This document shows, one piece after another, positions 39,412 to 48,417 of a DNA stretch of 64,000 nucleotides (positions within the stretch are counted from its first letter, which is position 1; each line of letters begins with the position of its first letter). This DNA comes from an uncultured Clostridium sp. (GTDB taxonomy: Bacteria; Bacillota; Clostridia; TANB77; CAG-508): positions 6,987 through 70,986 of the forward strand of contig CABUKD010000001.1 of assembly GCA_902492105.1 (NCBI GenBank), read 5' to 3'. The notes under the pieces are model-generated. The model was not told where the DNA came from and did no database searches. It saw nothing but the letters and a program-made list of their open reading frames with translations. Made by a program: the position numbers and the translations under genes.

Positions 39412-40536
39412 TTACTTTTTCATTTGATAAATATCTCTCATCTTCTTTTCAATTTCTTCTTTCTCAAATTCTTTAGTACTTAACTTGTCCATTTTTCTTT
39501 TAGATACTAATTCTAAAATTCTTTTAATCAATAATTGTTCATCTTTTACAATGTAACCATTAACACCATCTGTTATTAAATCTCTATTGCCCCTACAATC
39601 AGTTACAATAACAGGAAGCCCTGCAATTAATCCTTCCATAATATTAACAGGCAGTCCTTCTTGCTTTGAAGTAGATACTAATAAGTCAGATATTTTCAAT
39701 AATTGAGGAATATCTTTTCGATATCCTAGAAATTGAACATTATTTTCCAGTTGATTTTCTTTACAAAATTTTTGTAATTTTCCATCCAAAGAATCTTTTC
39801 CTACTAGTAATAATTTGATTTTCTTATTTTGTTTTATTAGTTTTGTCATAGCATTTAATAGCATCTCTTGGTTTTTTCTAACACTAAGTTCAGCCACATA
39901 AATCATTACGAAGTCATCTTCTTTTAGTTTAAGTTTTTCTCTTAGTTGTTTTCTTTCTTCCTTTGACATTTCAAAATCAAATCTATTTTTGTCTACTCCT
40001 ATTCCGTGCACTAATTGTATATTTTTAGCCTTAAACTTCTTTTTGGCTATTTCATAATCTTCTTTATTAATGGTAATTAAAATATCTGTATATTTTGATA
40101 GCCATTTTTCTATAGGATAAAACATTAACCAATATTTTAAAGGAGCTCCTTTAAAAAAGTGAAAACCATGAGCAGTATAAATAACTTTTGCATTAGTTTT
40201 TCTTGCAGCCAATCTCCCCAATACACTTCCTACTGGAGAATGTACATGGATTAATTCATAATTCTCTTCTTTTATTAGTTTTTTTATTAATCGATATGCT
40301 TTTATATTTTTTACAGAAAATGGACTTCTTTCAAAAGGTATGTCTATATATTTAATTTTCTTTTCATCTAATTCTTTTTTAAATTCTTCTAGTCTATTAT
40401 GATCTAAGGTTCCTCCATCTGTAAAATTGGCTGCTACTTCTACTTCATATCCTAATTGTTGAAGAATTTTTATGTTGTTCATATTGAATTGTTCTATCAT
40501 AGATGCTACTGAGGCTAACATCAATGCCTTTTTCAT
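39412..40536 (-). CDS. GT4 glycosyltransferase.
   Basis: GT-B fold motifs EGLPVNIMEGLIAGLPVI. Confidence 0.8.
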   Translation of the reverse strand: MKKALMLASVASMIEQFNMNNIKILQQLGYEVEVAANFTDGGTLDHNRLEEFKKELDEKKIKYIDIPFERSPFSVKNIKAYRLIKKLIKEENYELIHVHSPVGSVLGRLAARKTNAKVIYTAHGFHFFKGAPLKYWLMFYPIEKWLSKYTDILITINKEDYEIAKKKFKAKNIQLVHGIGVDKNRFDFEMSKEERKQLREKLKLKEDDFVMIYVAELSVRKNQEMLLNAMTKLIKQNKKIKLLLVGKDSLDGKLQKFCKENQLENNVQFLGYRKDIPQLLKISDLLVSTSKQEGLPVNIMEGLIAGLPVIVTDCRGNRDLITDGVNGYIVKDEQLLIKRILELVSKRKMDKLSTKEFEKEEIEKKMRDIYQMKK

Positions 40537-41579
40537 ATAGTCCTCCTATTACTTTTTTTATGAATATAATTCCAAGAATCTCTACACATATCTTCTAAAT
40601 TTTTATTTGCTACCCATCCTAATTCATTTTTAGCTTTTGTAGCATCAGCATAGTATATTGGTAAGTCTCCTTCTCTTCTTGCTGTATATTGATAAGGAAC
40701 TTGTACTTTATTTACTCTCATAAAGGTATCTACCATTTCTTGAACCGTATAAGGTTTACCTGTTCCTAAATTATATATATAAATGCCTGATTTTTCTTTT
40801 TCTAATTTTTCTAAGGCTTTAATATGACCTTTTGCTAAATCTACAACATGTAGAAAATCTCTAGCACCTGTACCATCTTTTGTTTCTTTGTAATCATTTC
40901 CAAAAATATTAAGATGGTCTAGTTCTTTATTGGCTACTTTCATGATAAATGGCATTAAGTTGTTAGGAATTCCTTGTGGATTTTCTCCAATTAACCCACT
41001 TTCATGTGCTCCTACTGGATTAAAATATCTTAGAATTGCAATATCCCATTCCTTATCTGAATTATAAAGGTCTTCTAAGATTGTTTCTATCATAGATTTA
41101 GTAGTTCCATAAGGATTGGTAGTTTCTCCTCTTTTCATTTCTTCTGTATACTGTATTTCTTTTCTTTCCCCATAAACAGTTGCAGATGAACTAAATACAA
41201 AACTCTTCACATTATATTTTTGCATAGTCTGTAATAACATAATTGCACCTGAAACATTATTATAATAATATTTTAATGGTTCTTTAACAGATTCTCCTAC
41301 AGCTTTGAATCCTGCAAAATTCATAACAGCTTCAATCTCATTTTCTTCAAAAATTTTTTCTAAAGATTCTCTATCTAAATAATTTACTTCATAGAATTTT
41401 ACCTCTTTTCCAGTTATCTTTTTTATACTTTGCAATACATCTGGTTTACTATTAGAAAAATCATCTAAGATAACTACTTCTTTTCCAATATTTAATAATT
41501 CTACTACTGTATGACTACCTATGTAACCCGTCCCACCAGTTACTAATATTGACATACTCTCCTCCTTTATACAAAACAT
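40533..41579 (-). CDS. galE: UDP-glucose 4-epimerase.
   Basis: ILVTGGTGYIGSH NAD-binding motif, YxxxK region (YGTTK). About 340 aa. Confidence 0.9.
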   Translation of the reverse strand: MFCIKEESMSILVTGGTGYIGSHTVVELLNIGKEVVILDDFSNSKPDVLQSIKKITGKEVKFYEVNYLDRESLEKIFEENEIEAVMNFAGFKAVGESVKEPLKYYYNNVSGAIMLLQTMQKYNVKSFVFSSSATVYGERKEIQYTEEMKRGETTNPYGTTKSMIETILEDLYNSDKEWDIAILRYFNPVGAHESGLIGENPQGIPNNLMPFIMKVANKELDHLNIFGNDYKETKDGTGARDFLHVVDLAKGHIKALEKLEKEKSGIYIYNLGTGKPYTVQEMVDTFMRVNKVQVPYQYTARREGDLPIYYADATKAKNELGWVANKNLEDMCRDSWNYIHKKSNRRTI

Positions 41580-41628
41580 ATTTATTTTTTATTATTTTAT
41601 ACTATCAATCTACAAAAAGCAACCTATT

Positions 41629-42307
41629 TTATCTTTTTTCTAAAATAATTTCTTTTACCTTTTCCTTAACTTGTCCAATACTTATATGTGTAGTGTCTAT
41701 TACTATTGCATCTCCAGCTATTTTTAAGGCTCCTACTGGTTTATGCATGTCATTATAATCTCTTTTTTTCATATCTTCTAAAGTTTCTTCATAGGTTGCT
41801 ACAATTCCCTTTTCTTGGTTTTCTAAAAATCTTCTTTTTGCTCTTTCTTCTACATCTGCATCTAAGTAGATTTTGACATCTGCATTTGGAAATACTACTG
41901 TGGTAATATCTCTTCCTTCCATAATAACATCCTGATTTTCTGCCATTTTTCTTTGCAAGTCTACCATAATTTCACGTACTTCTCCGGATAGAAGATACAG
42001 GAGATACAAAATTACTTACTTCTTTGGTTCTTATTTGCTTACTTACATCTTCTCCATTTAAATATACTGTAATTTCTCCATTTATATTTTGCATTTGAAT
42101 ATTAATATTTTTGGCAATTTCTATAATTTTTTCTTTTTCTTCTGTAGATTCAATAGAATTAATTCCTTTTCTTAAACATTCTAATGCTACACATCGATAC
42201 ATTGCTCCTGTGTCTATATTAAGTAGATTTAATTCCTGTGCTATTAATTTTGTAATGGTTCCTTTTCCGGTTCCTGCTGGTCCATCTATTGCTACAATAA
42301 ACGACAT
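41629..42307 (-). CDS. cmk: Cytidylate kinase, split by a frameshift at ~41972-42009.
   Basis: N-terminal IVAIDGPAGTGKGT P-loop in ORF 41972..42307. The C-terminal half (EVREIMVDLQRKMA...) is in ORF 41629..42009. The combined length is ~225 aa. Confidence 0.8.
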
Positions 42308-42318
42308 TTTTTCTCCTC

Positions 42319-43296
42319 CTATTCATTTTCTCCTTTATTTTGGCTTTCTTGCTTTTCTGTTTTTTCTTTCTTTTCTTCTAAAGTTTGCACATTTTCTTGT
42401 TCTTGCTGTATATTTTTTTCTTCTATTTTTTGCAATTCTTCTGGCTCTAGCATATGTATTCCTTTTGCTACAATGGTTACTTGTTGCACATTCATAGTAG
42501 TTAATTTTTCTATCTCTTTTTTTATTTTTTGTTTGAACTCTCTTAAAGTTTCCAAAATGTTAAACCCATAATTAATAGAAACCTCCATATAAATGTTAGG
42601 TCCTTCTGGTGTACTTTCTACTCTAGTTCTCATAACTTTGTAAATGGCATCTGTTTTCTTTGCTAAATATTCTGCAATTTGGCGAAAGACTGTATCGGAA
42701 ATAGTAAAATTTCCTAAATAACTAAAGGTTGGCCTAATAATTGATTTTTCTGCCATATAAGGGTCATTTCCTTTACCTTTGAATTTAAAAATTTGTAATG
42801 GGTCTAAAATATAGCCTGAAAAGTCTTTTTTGATTTCAAAGGTTGGTACAGGAATAACATGTTTTCCTTGTGTAGTACGAATTCTTTTGGCTGTTTCCAT
42901 TTCTGTTTCTGTTGCGACATCTTGAATATAAATTCTTTTTTCTGGTTTGGAAAGTCCCAAATTTTCTGCAATTTTATCTACCATTCCATCTGAAGTACCC
43001 AGAATTAAAATAGATTCTGGTTTTAGTCTTCTAATTGCCTTTTTCATTTCGTTTCTATCTTTTTCATTTACAAAGATTGCCTTTTTTACAGTTTCTACTT
43101 TGGTAGGTGCTTTTTTAGCAGAAGTTCCTGCTACTACATTATTATCATGAATTAACAATCCATCATCAATAATATAGTGGATTTTATTTTCATTTGCTAC
43201 CATTTGGGCACGATAACTTTTCCCTGTTCCAGATGGTCCTACAAAGGCATATACTTTTATTTCTTCATTAGAAATTAAATTATTAAAAAGTTGCAA
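42319..43296 (-). CDS. Hypothetical protein with P-loop (GPSGTGKS) N-terminus, an Asp23/Gls24-like C-terminal region and a K/E-rich tail.
   Basis: Walker A-like motif YAFVGPSGTGKSY. The C-terminal segment resembles the Asp23 fold. Low-complexity acidic tail. Confidence 0.4.
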   Translation of the reverse strand: MQLFNNLISNEEIKVYAFVGPSGTGKSYRAQMVANENKIHYIIDDGLLIHDNNVVAGTSAKKAPTKVETVKKAIFVNEKDRNEMKKAIRRLKPESILILGTSDGMVDKIAENLGLSKPEKRIYIQDVATETEMETAKRIRTTQGKHVIPVPTFEIKKDFSGYILDPLQIFKFKGKGNDPYMAEKSIIRPTFSYLGNFTISDTVFRQIAEYLAKKTDAIYKVMRTRVESTPEGPNIYMEVSINYGFNILETLREFKQKIKKEIEKLTTMNVQQVTIVAKGIHMLEPEELQKIEEKNIQQEQENVQTLEEKKEKTEKQESQNKGENE

Positions 43297-43312
43297 TTTA
43301 GTTTCTTCCTTT

Positions 43313-44930
43313 CTACTCTTTTTCTACAGTAATAATTTGATATACAAATCCTCTATATTTTGGTCTAATTTTCTTTCTTGCTATTTCTTTTAAATCATAT
43401 TTTTCTGCCATTTCATTGTACCACTCTAATCCTTCATGGTCAATTAAAATCATTCTGCCATGATAATCATCTAAAAAATCTTCCTCAAAAGTAATTTTTA
43501 GTGGTGGACTATAGTTTTCAAAAGGTGTTACATCATGGTTTGGATCTATGTGATATAAATACCAATTATATTCTGGCATCTGTACAAAAATATTACTTGC
43601 ATGGAAATAATCCTGATATAAAATCATATCTCCTTCTTTATATTGTTCTTGAATATAGCGAACTTCTTCTCCATTAGTAGAATCATAATTTTCTTCTATA
43701 ATAATGCTATTATTATATATACTCAAACCTAGAATAATCATTACTACAATACTAGAAATAATTTTCTGGTGTTTGGTGGAATTGCTAAATAAGAAATAGG
43801 CAAATGGGAAAAGAATAATTCCACTTGTAATTAACATATAACGATAATACATAATTGGTCTTATAAATATAGTAACAATTAACATAGAAAAAAACAAGAT
43901 ATAATGTACTAATAAGCAATACCAAATAATAGTTAAATTCTTTTTTTGTTTTTTATGGCAAATAATCTGGTAAATTAAGTAGCTGTACATAATAATTGTA
44001 AAAATGGTACTAATAGTAACACTTAATCTTCCATTAAATTGTACTCCTAAAGGTGCTGCTATAGAATCTGTCCAGTTAAATGGAATCCAATAAGACTGAC
44101 TTACTTTTCCGTGCTTGTGTTAGAAATACAAATAGCCATGGTAGATAGCCTATAATTTCTATAATTGCTGTAAATAAAAATCTAAAAATATATTTCTTTT
44201 TTAACTTTTTCTTTTGTATTAGAAAATCTTCATAAGAAGTATAGTATGGTATTTTTTCTTCATACATTTTTTGTGAAAATAAAATATGTAGTAATAATAA
44301 AGCATTAATAATAGCAACTGCTACTAGTCCATAATAGTGGCAGTGGGCAGCACATAAGCTAGCTATAGCAAACAAAAGCCAATTTCTCTTTTTTTCTTGT
44401 TTGATACTTCTGTAAGCATATATGCCAGATAAAGTAGTAAATAGCATAGTCCAACTATACATTCTAATTTCCATTCCATACATTGCCATAAAAGGAAGGA
44501 ATAGCATTAAAAAGGAGAAAGCTAGCCCTACTTTTGGTCCAAAATCTTTACGAATATGCGTAAATCCTAAAATTCCTATTAAAATCCCTGCTGATACAGA
44601 AAATAGCCTAGCTATTAAAATAGAGTTTCCAAAAATACAAGTAACTGCTTTTAATAATAAATAATATAAAACAGGATGAACATCATTGCTATCGATACGA
44701 ATAATTTCACTAATATCATGGGAAACTAGAGCTATGGTATAACTTTCATCAAACCATACCTCTGTGTGAAATGCTCCCAATAGAATAAAGATGCTACCTA
44801 ATATGATAATTAAAATATGGAACCATTTTGATACTATAATATTTTCTATTTTACTTTTGTTATTACTTTGTTGTTTTTGTGTAGCTTCTTCTTTTTGCTT
44901 TCTTTTTGCTAGCTTTTCTTCTTTCTTCAT
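43313..44930 (-). pseudogene. Disrupted paralogue of the downstream GT-C (GT39/ArnT-like) membrane glycosyltransferase.
   Basis: The two ORFs (44076..44930 and 43313..43990) are collinear with the N- and C-terminal parts of the 558-aa protein at 45055..46731. Shared motifs WFDESY ... NDVHPVLYY ... THIRKDFG ... EIRMY and DDYHGR. An in-frame stop at 44076 is followed by a short stretch lacking an intact ORF (about 43991-44075); coding resumes at 43990. Confidence 0.6.
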
Positions 44931-45054
44931 TATTTTCCCCTTATTTTTTGTTACTATGTTTTCTATTTGTGTTGTTCTTCTATGGTATTGTTTTTATTTT
45001 ATTTTTTTAACTTTTTACTTTTTTACCTTTTTATCTTTCTACTTTTTTATCTTT

Positions 45055-46731
45055 CTACTTTTTCTCTACTAAACTAATATAATATTGATAGCCATGATAT
45101 TCTGTGGAAAAGTGGTCTTGCTTAATTAATTTAAGGTTTTCTCCATAACGTTCTGACATTTCTCTATAAATGTTATAATTTCCTCCATCAATAACCCAAA
45201 TTCTGCCATAATAGTCATCTAAACCCTCTAATGTTTTTATGGTTTTCATATTTTTACCAAAAGCTTGGTAAGCAGGTTCTACATTCCAATAATCTCCATC
45301 AAAAAAGCAGTTTGCAATATCTGGTAATTGCATACTAAGTACAAATCCATTACCTGTATTGCCAAATAAAAGAAGGTCATCTTGTTGTAAATCTTGTTTC
45401 ACATATTCTAAAGGCTTGCTATTAGTTGGTCCATAATTCATGGTACTTACATTGTAATTTACAAAAATTGCTGTAATTAAGGTAAGAATACAAATAAGAA
45501 TGGTTAATATTTTCTTGCCACCTTTTATCATAAAAAATGCCATAAAGAATATGAAGATTCCTGTTAAATTTAAGAAATATCTAGCATATAAAATAGGTAC
45601 TTTTAAAGAAATAATGAAAATACAAATAATCACAATGGCATATACACCAATGGCAAATAATCCTGGTTTGTTACTTTTTCTATGTTTTACTATTGCATAA
45701 ATCATAGTGCCAATTGCATAAACAAGTAAAATAATACTAAAAGTAAGTGCTAACTCTTGTTTTAAAAATATAGTATCTAGATTTCCTGTAAATTGAAAAG
45801 TTAAAATTTGTAGCCATACTTCTATAGAAGGAGTTTGTATCCAAAATCCTTTTGATACAGTTTGGAATTGTGCTAATAAATAAATGAGCCATGGTAAATA
45901 TAAAGCTATTTGTATAATAGCAGAAGCAATAAAACATTTTAAGTTTAAAATATTGAATTTGCTTTTTTCTGTTATGGTTTTGTTTTCAGATTGTTTTTTA
46001 TGTATTTTTATTTGATTTATAATGAAATAGATAAATAATGCTAAATTAATAATTCCTGCAGTTGCTAGACCATAATAATGGGTATAACTAGCTGTTAAGC
46101 TAAAAACGGCAAATAAAACCCAATTTTTATAAAATCCCTTTGGCTTAGTTATTTTCTTTTTCTCTTTTTCTGTTTGATTATTTTGAGCTTTTGTTTTTTC
46201 TTCTTCTGTTAGTTTTTCTTGTGGTTGAAGGCTATTTTTATAAATTCTATAAGCATAAATTGCCATTAAGCTTACAAGTAACATTGCCCAAGTGTACATT
46301 CTAATTTCTCCTGAATATACACACATAATTGGCAAAAAAAACACGAAAAAGGAAAAAAGTAAGCCTACTTTTTCTCCAAAATCTTTTCTAATATGAGTAT
46401 AGCCCAATATTCCTAATATAGCAATTGGAATCATGGATAATATTCTATAAATATAAATATTAGGTCCAAATAATAAATAAACAATATGTAAAATCCAATA
46501 ATATAGCACAGGATGAACATCATTGCTTCCTATTGACCAAATATCAGCAAAGCTCTTATTGGCCATTCCAACAGAATAGCTTTCATCAAACCATAAGTTT
46601 TGGTGAAAGATAGGAATACTAATAAAAATAATACCTAATAAAATAATAGCAATATGAATATATTTTAAATTTTTTTCTTGCTTTAAATTATATTCTTTAT
46701 TTGGTATTTCTGTTACTTTACCTTTTTTCAT
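45055..46731 (-). CDS. GT-C fold membrane glycosyltransferase (GT39/PMT/ArnT-like) with C-terminal soluble domain.
   Basis: 558 aa. DE motif in first extracytoplasmic loop (WFDESY). About 11 TM segments. K/E-rich internal linker. Confidence 0.55.
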   Translation of the reverse strand: MKKGKVTEIPNKEYNLKQEKNLKYIHIAIILLGIIFISIPIFHQNLWFDESYSVGMANKSFADIWSIGSNDVHPVLYYWILHIVYLLFGPNIYIYRILSMIPIAILGILGYTHIRKDFGEKVGLLFSFFVFFLPIMCVYSGEIRMYTWAMLLVSLMAIYAYRIYKNSLQPQEKLTEEEKTKAQNNQTEKEKKKITKPKGFYKNWVLFAVFSLTASYTHYYGLATAGIINLALFIYFIINQIKIHKKQSENKTITEKSKFNILNLKCFIASAIIQIALYLPWLIYLLAQFQTVSKGFWIQTPSIEVWLQILTFQFTGNLDTIFLKQELALTFSIILLVYAIGTMIYAIVKHRKSNKPGLFAIGVYAIVIICIFIISLKVPILYARYFLNLTGIFIFFMAFFMIKGGKKILTILICILTLITAIFVNYNVSTMNYGPTNSKPLEYVKQDLQQDDLLLFGNTGNGFVLSMQLPDIANCFFDGDYWNVEPAYQAFGKNMKTIKTLEGLDDYYGRIWVIDGGNYNIYREMSERYGENLKLIKQDHFSTEYHGYQYYISLVEKK

Positions 46732-47018
46732 GTAAAAAATTCTCCTCTTTTTATTTTTTATTTTTTGTATTTTATATGTTTTTTCATTTATTTATATATT
46801 TTTATATTTTATACTTTCATATTTTCTGCATGTTTTTTATTCTTTTGCATTATATCATTATTATATTCTATTGTCTAGATTCTTTTAGGATGAAAATAAT
46901 TGGATAGATGCATTTTTGAATAGAAAATGGTTGAAATATGTATTTCATAAAAATAACACTCCTTTGCAAATACGTTTTATAAAGAGGATGAAATCTCTTA
47001 TAAACGTTTCTGTAAAGG

Positions 47019-47080
47019 AGTGTCCCTGTTGGCTGATTTTCAACCAATAAGTACCGTCCCTATTGGCTGATTTCACGAAT
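47019..47080. repeat. Second copy of the GC-rich repeat unit, about 85 percent identical over ~55 nt to the reverse complement of 18119-18170. It overlaps the stop codon of the GT2 gene.
   Basis: Two direct half-units GTCCCTGTTGGCTGATTTTCAAC and GTCCCTATTGGCTGATTTCAC. The TAG stop is embedded in CAATAGGGACGG, as at the 18 kb locus. Confidence 0.65.
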
Positions 47081-48292
47081 AGCAATTTTTCTAACATGCT
47101 CGATTTTATCCCAACTAGTATCACGTTTAAATAAACATTTAAAGTTAATTGCAAGCCATGAGCCTAAGAATAAAGGATAACATAATAGTCCTTTTATCAT
47201 TGGTTTAATTGGTCTTTTATCTAACAACATAATTAAAACTGCTGTTCCTATTGGTAAGAGGAATGTTGGTATTACATATCTCAAAATATTTAAAGTTAAC
47301 TCTGCACTTGTCATTCCTTGTCCTGCATACATAACAAAATTTAAAAATAGTAATACTAATGTTGCCACAAACATTGGAATACTTCCAATAATGTACAAGA
47401 ATCCATCAAAATTCATCATAGTTTTGTGTTCTTTAATTGCTAAGGCTAATGGTTTTGTGTATTCTTTGATACATTGTATATGACCAACTGTCCATCTTGT
47501 TCTTTGTTTCCAACTTTGTTTAAATCCTAATGGTTGTTCATCATAAACAATCGCATCTGCTGCCCAACCTAATTTTTTTCCTTTTATAATTCTTTTTAAA
47601 GAAAATTCAATATCTTCTGTTAATGTTTTTGTATTCCAACCTTCTGGTTTAATTACATCAAATTTTACCATGAATCCAGTACCATTAATAAGTGGTGATA
47701 ATCCTACATTGTATCTAGCTAAATGGTAGAAACGGTTCATAGTCCAATAGAAAATAGTATATCCTGCTGTAATCCAGTTATCTGTTGGATTTTTGATATC
47801 TCTATATCCTTGTACTACATCTTCCCCTTGGCAAAGTTTTTTATTCATGTTTTTAATAAAATCTTCATGTACAATATTATCTGCATCAAAAATGCAAAAT
47901 GCATCATAAGGTGCATCTTCTTCAATTTTTTGTGCTAAAAACCAGTTTAAAGCATAACCTTTTGTTTTCTTTTCTGGGTCAAATCTTTCATACACAATAG
48001 CACCTGCATTTCTTGCTACTTCTGCAGTACGGTCTGTACAATTATCTGCAATAACATAAATATCTAGTAATTCCTTTGGATAGTTTTGCTTTTTTAAACT
48101 TTCTATTAATTCTGTTACAACATTTTCTTCGTTATGTGCTGGAATAATTGCCATAAAACGATGATTTTTTTCTACTAATAATGGCTTATCTTTTAGTTTT
48201 ACTAATGAACAAATACTAATTGCTAATTGGTATAACCAAAATATAGTAATAATCCACACTAAAGCTTGTTGTAGAATGTATAGATATTCCAT
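47060..48292 (-). CDS. Processive GT2 membrane glycosyltransferase (cellulose-synthase / poly-beta-hexosamine / glycolipid synthase-like).
   Basis: N-terminal TM, DxD region (FDADN), QRTRWTVG (QxxRW) motif, and C-terminal TM bundle. Confidence 0.8.
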   Translation of the reverse strand: MEYLYILQQALVWIITIFWLYQLAISICSLVKLKDKPLLVEKNHRFMAIIPAHNEENVVTELIESLKKQNYPKELLDIYVIADNCTDRTAEVARNAGAIVYERFDPEKKTKGYALNWFLAQKIEEDAPYDAFCIFDADNIVHEDFIKNMNKKLCQGEDVVQGYRDIKNPTDNWITAGYTIFYWTMNRFYHLARYNVGLSPLINGTGFMVKFDVIKPEGWNTKTLTEDIEFSLKRIIKGKKLGWAADAIVYDEQPLGFKQSWKQRTRWTVGHIQCIKEYTKPLALAIKEHKTMMNFDGFLYIIGSIPMFVATLVLLFLNFVMYAGQGMTSAELTLNILRYVIPTFLLPIGTAVLIMLLDKRPIKPMIKGLLCYPLFLGSWLAINFKCLFKRDTSWDKIEHVRKIAIREISQ

Positions 48293-48417
48293 TTCTTCTC
48301 TCCTTTTTTAATTCCTTTACTTTTCTATTGTATGCTTGTTTTCTTCACAATATTAATTATACTATTTCCTTTTCTTTTTTGCAACTATTATTTTTAACTT
48401 CATAAAATCTTAATGTC

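Noticed and set aside
46945-47154. 69-aa minus-strand ORF overlapping the 3' end of the GT2 gene.
   Set aside because: It is created by the repeat element, overlaps a real CDS, and is not in a sensible operon position.
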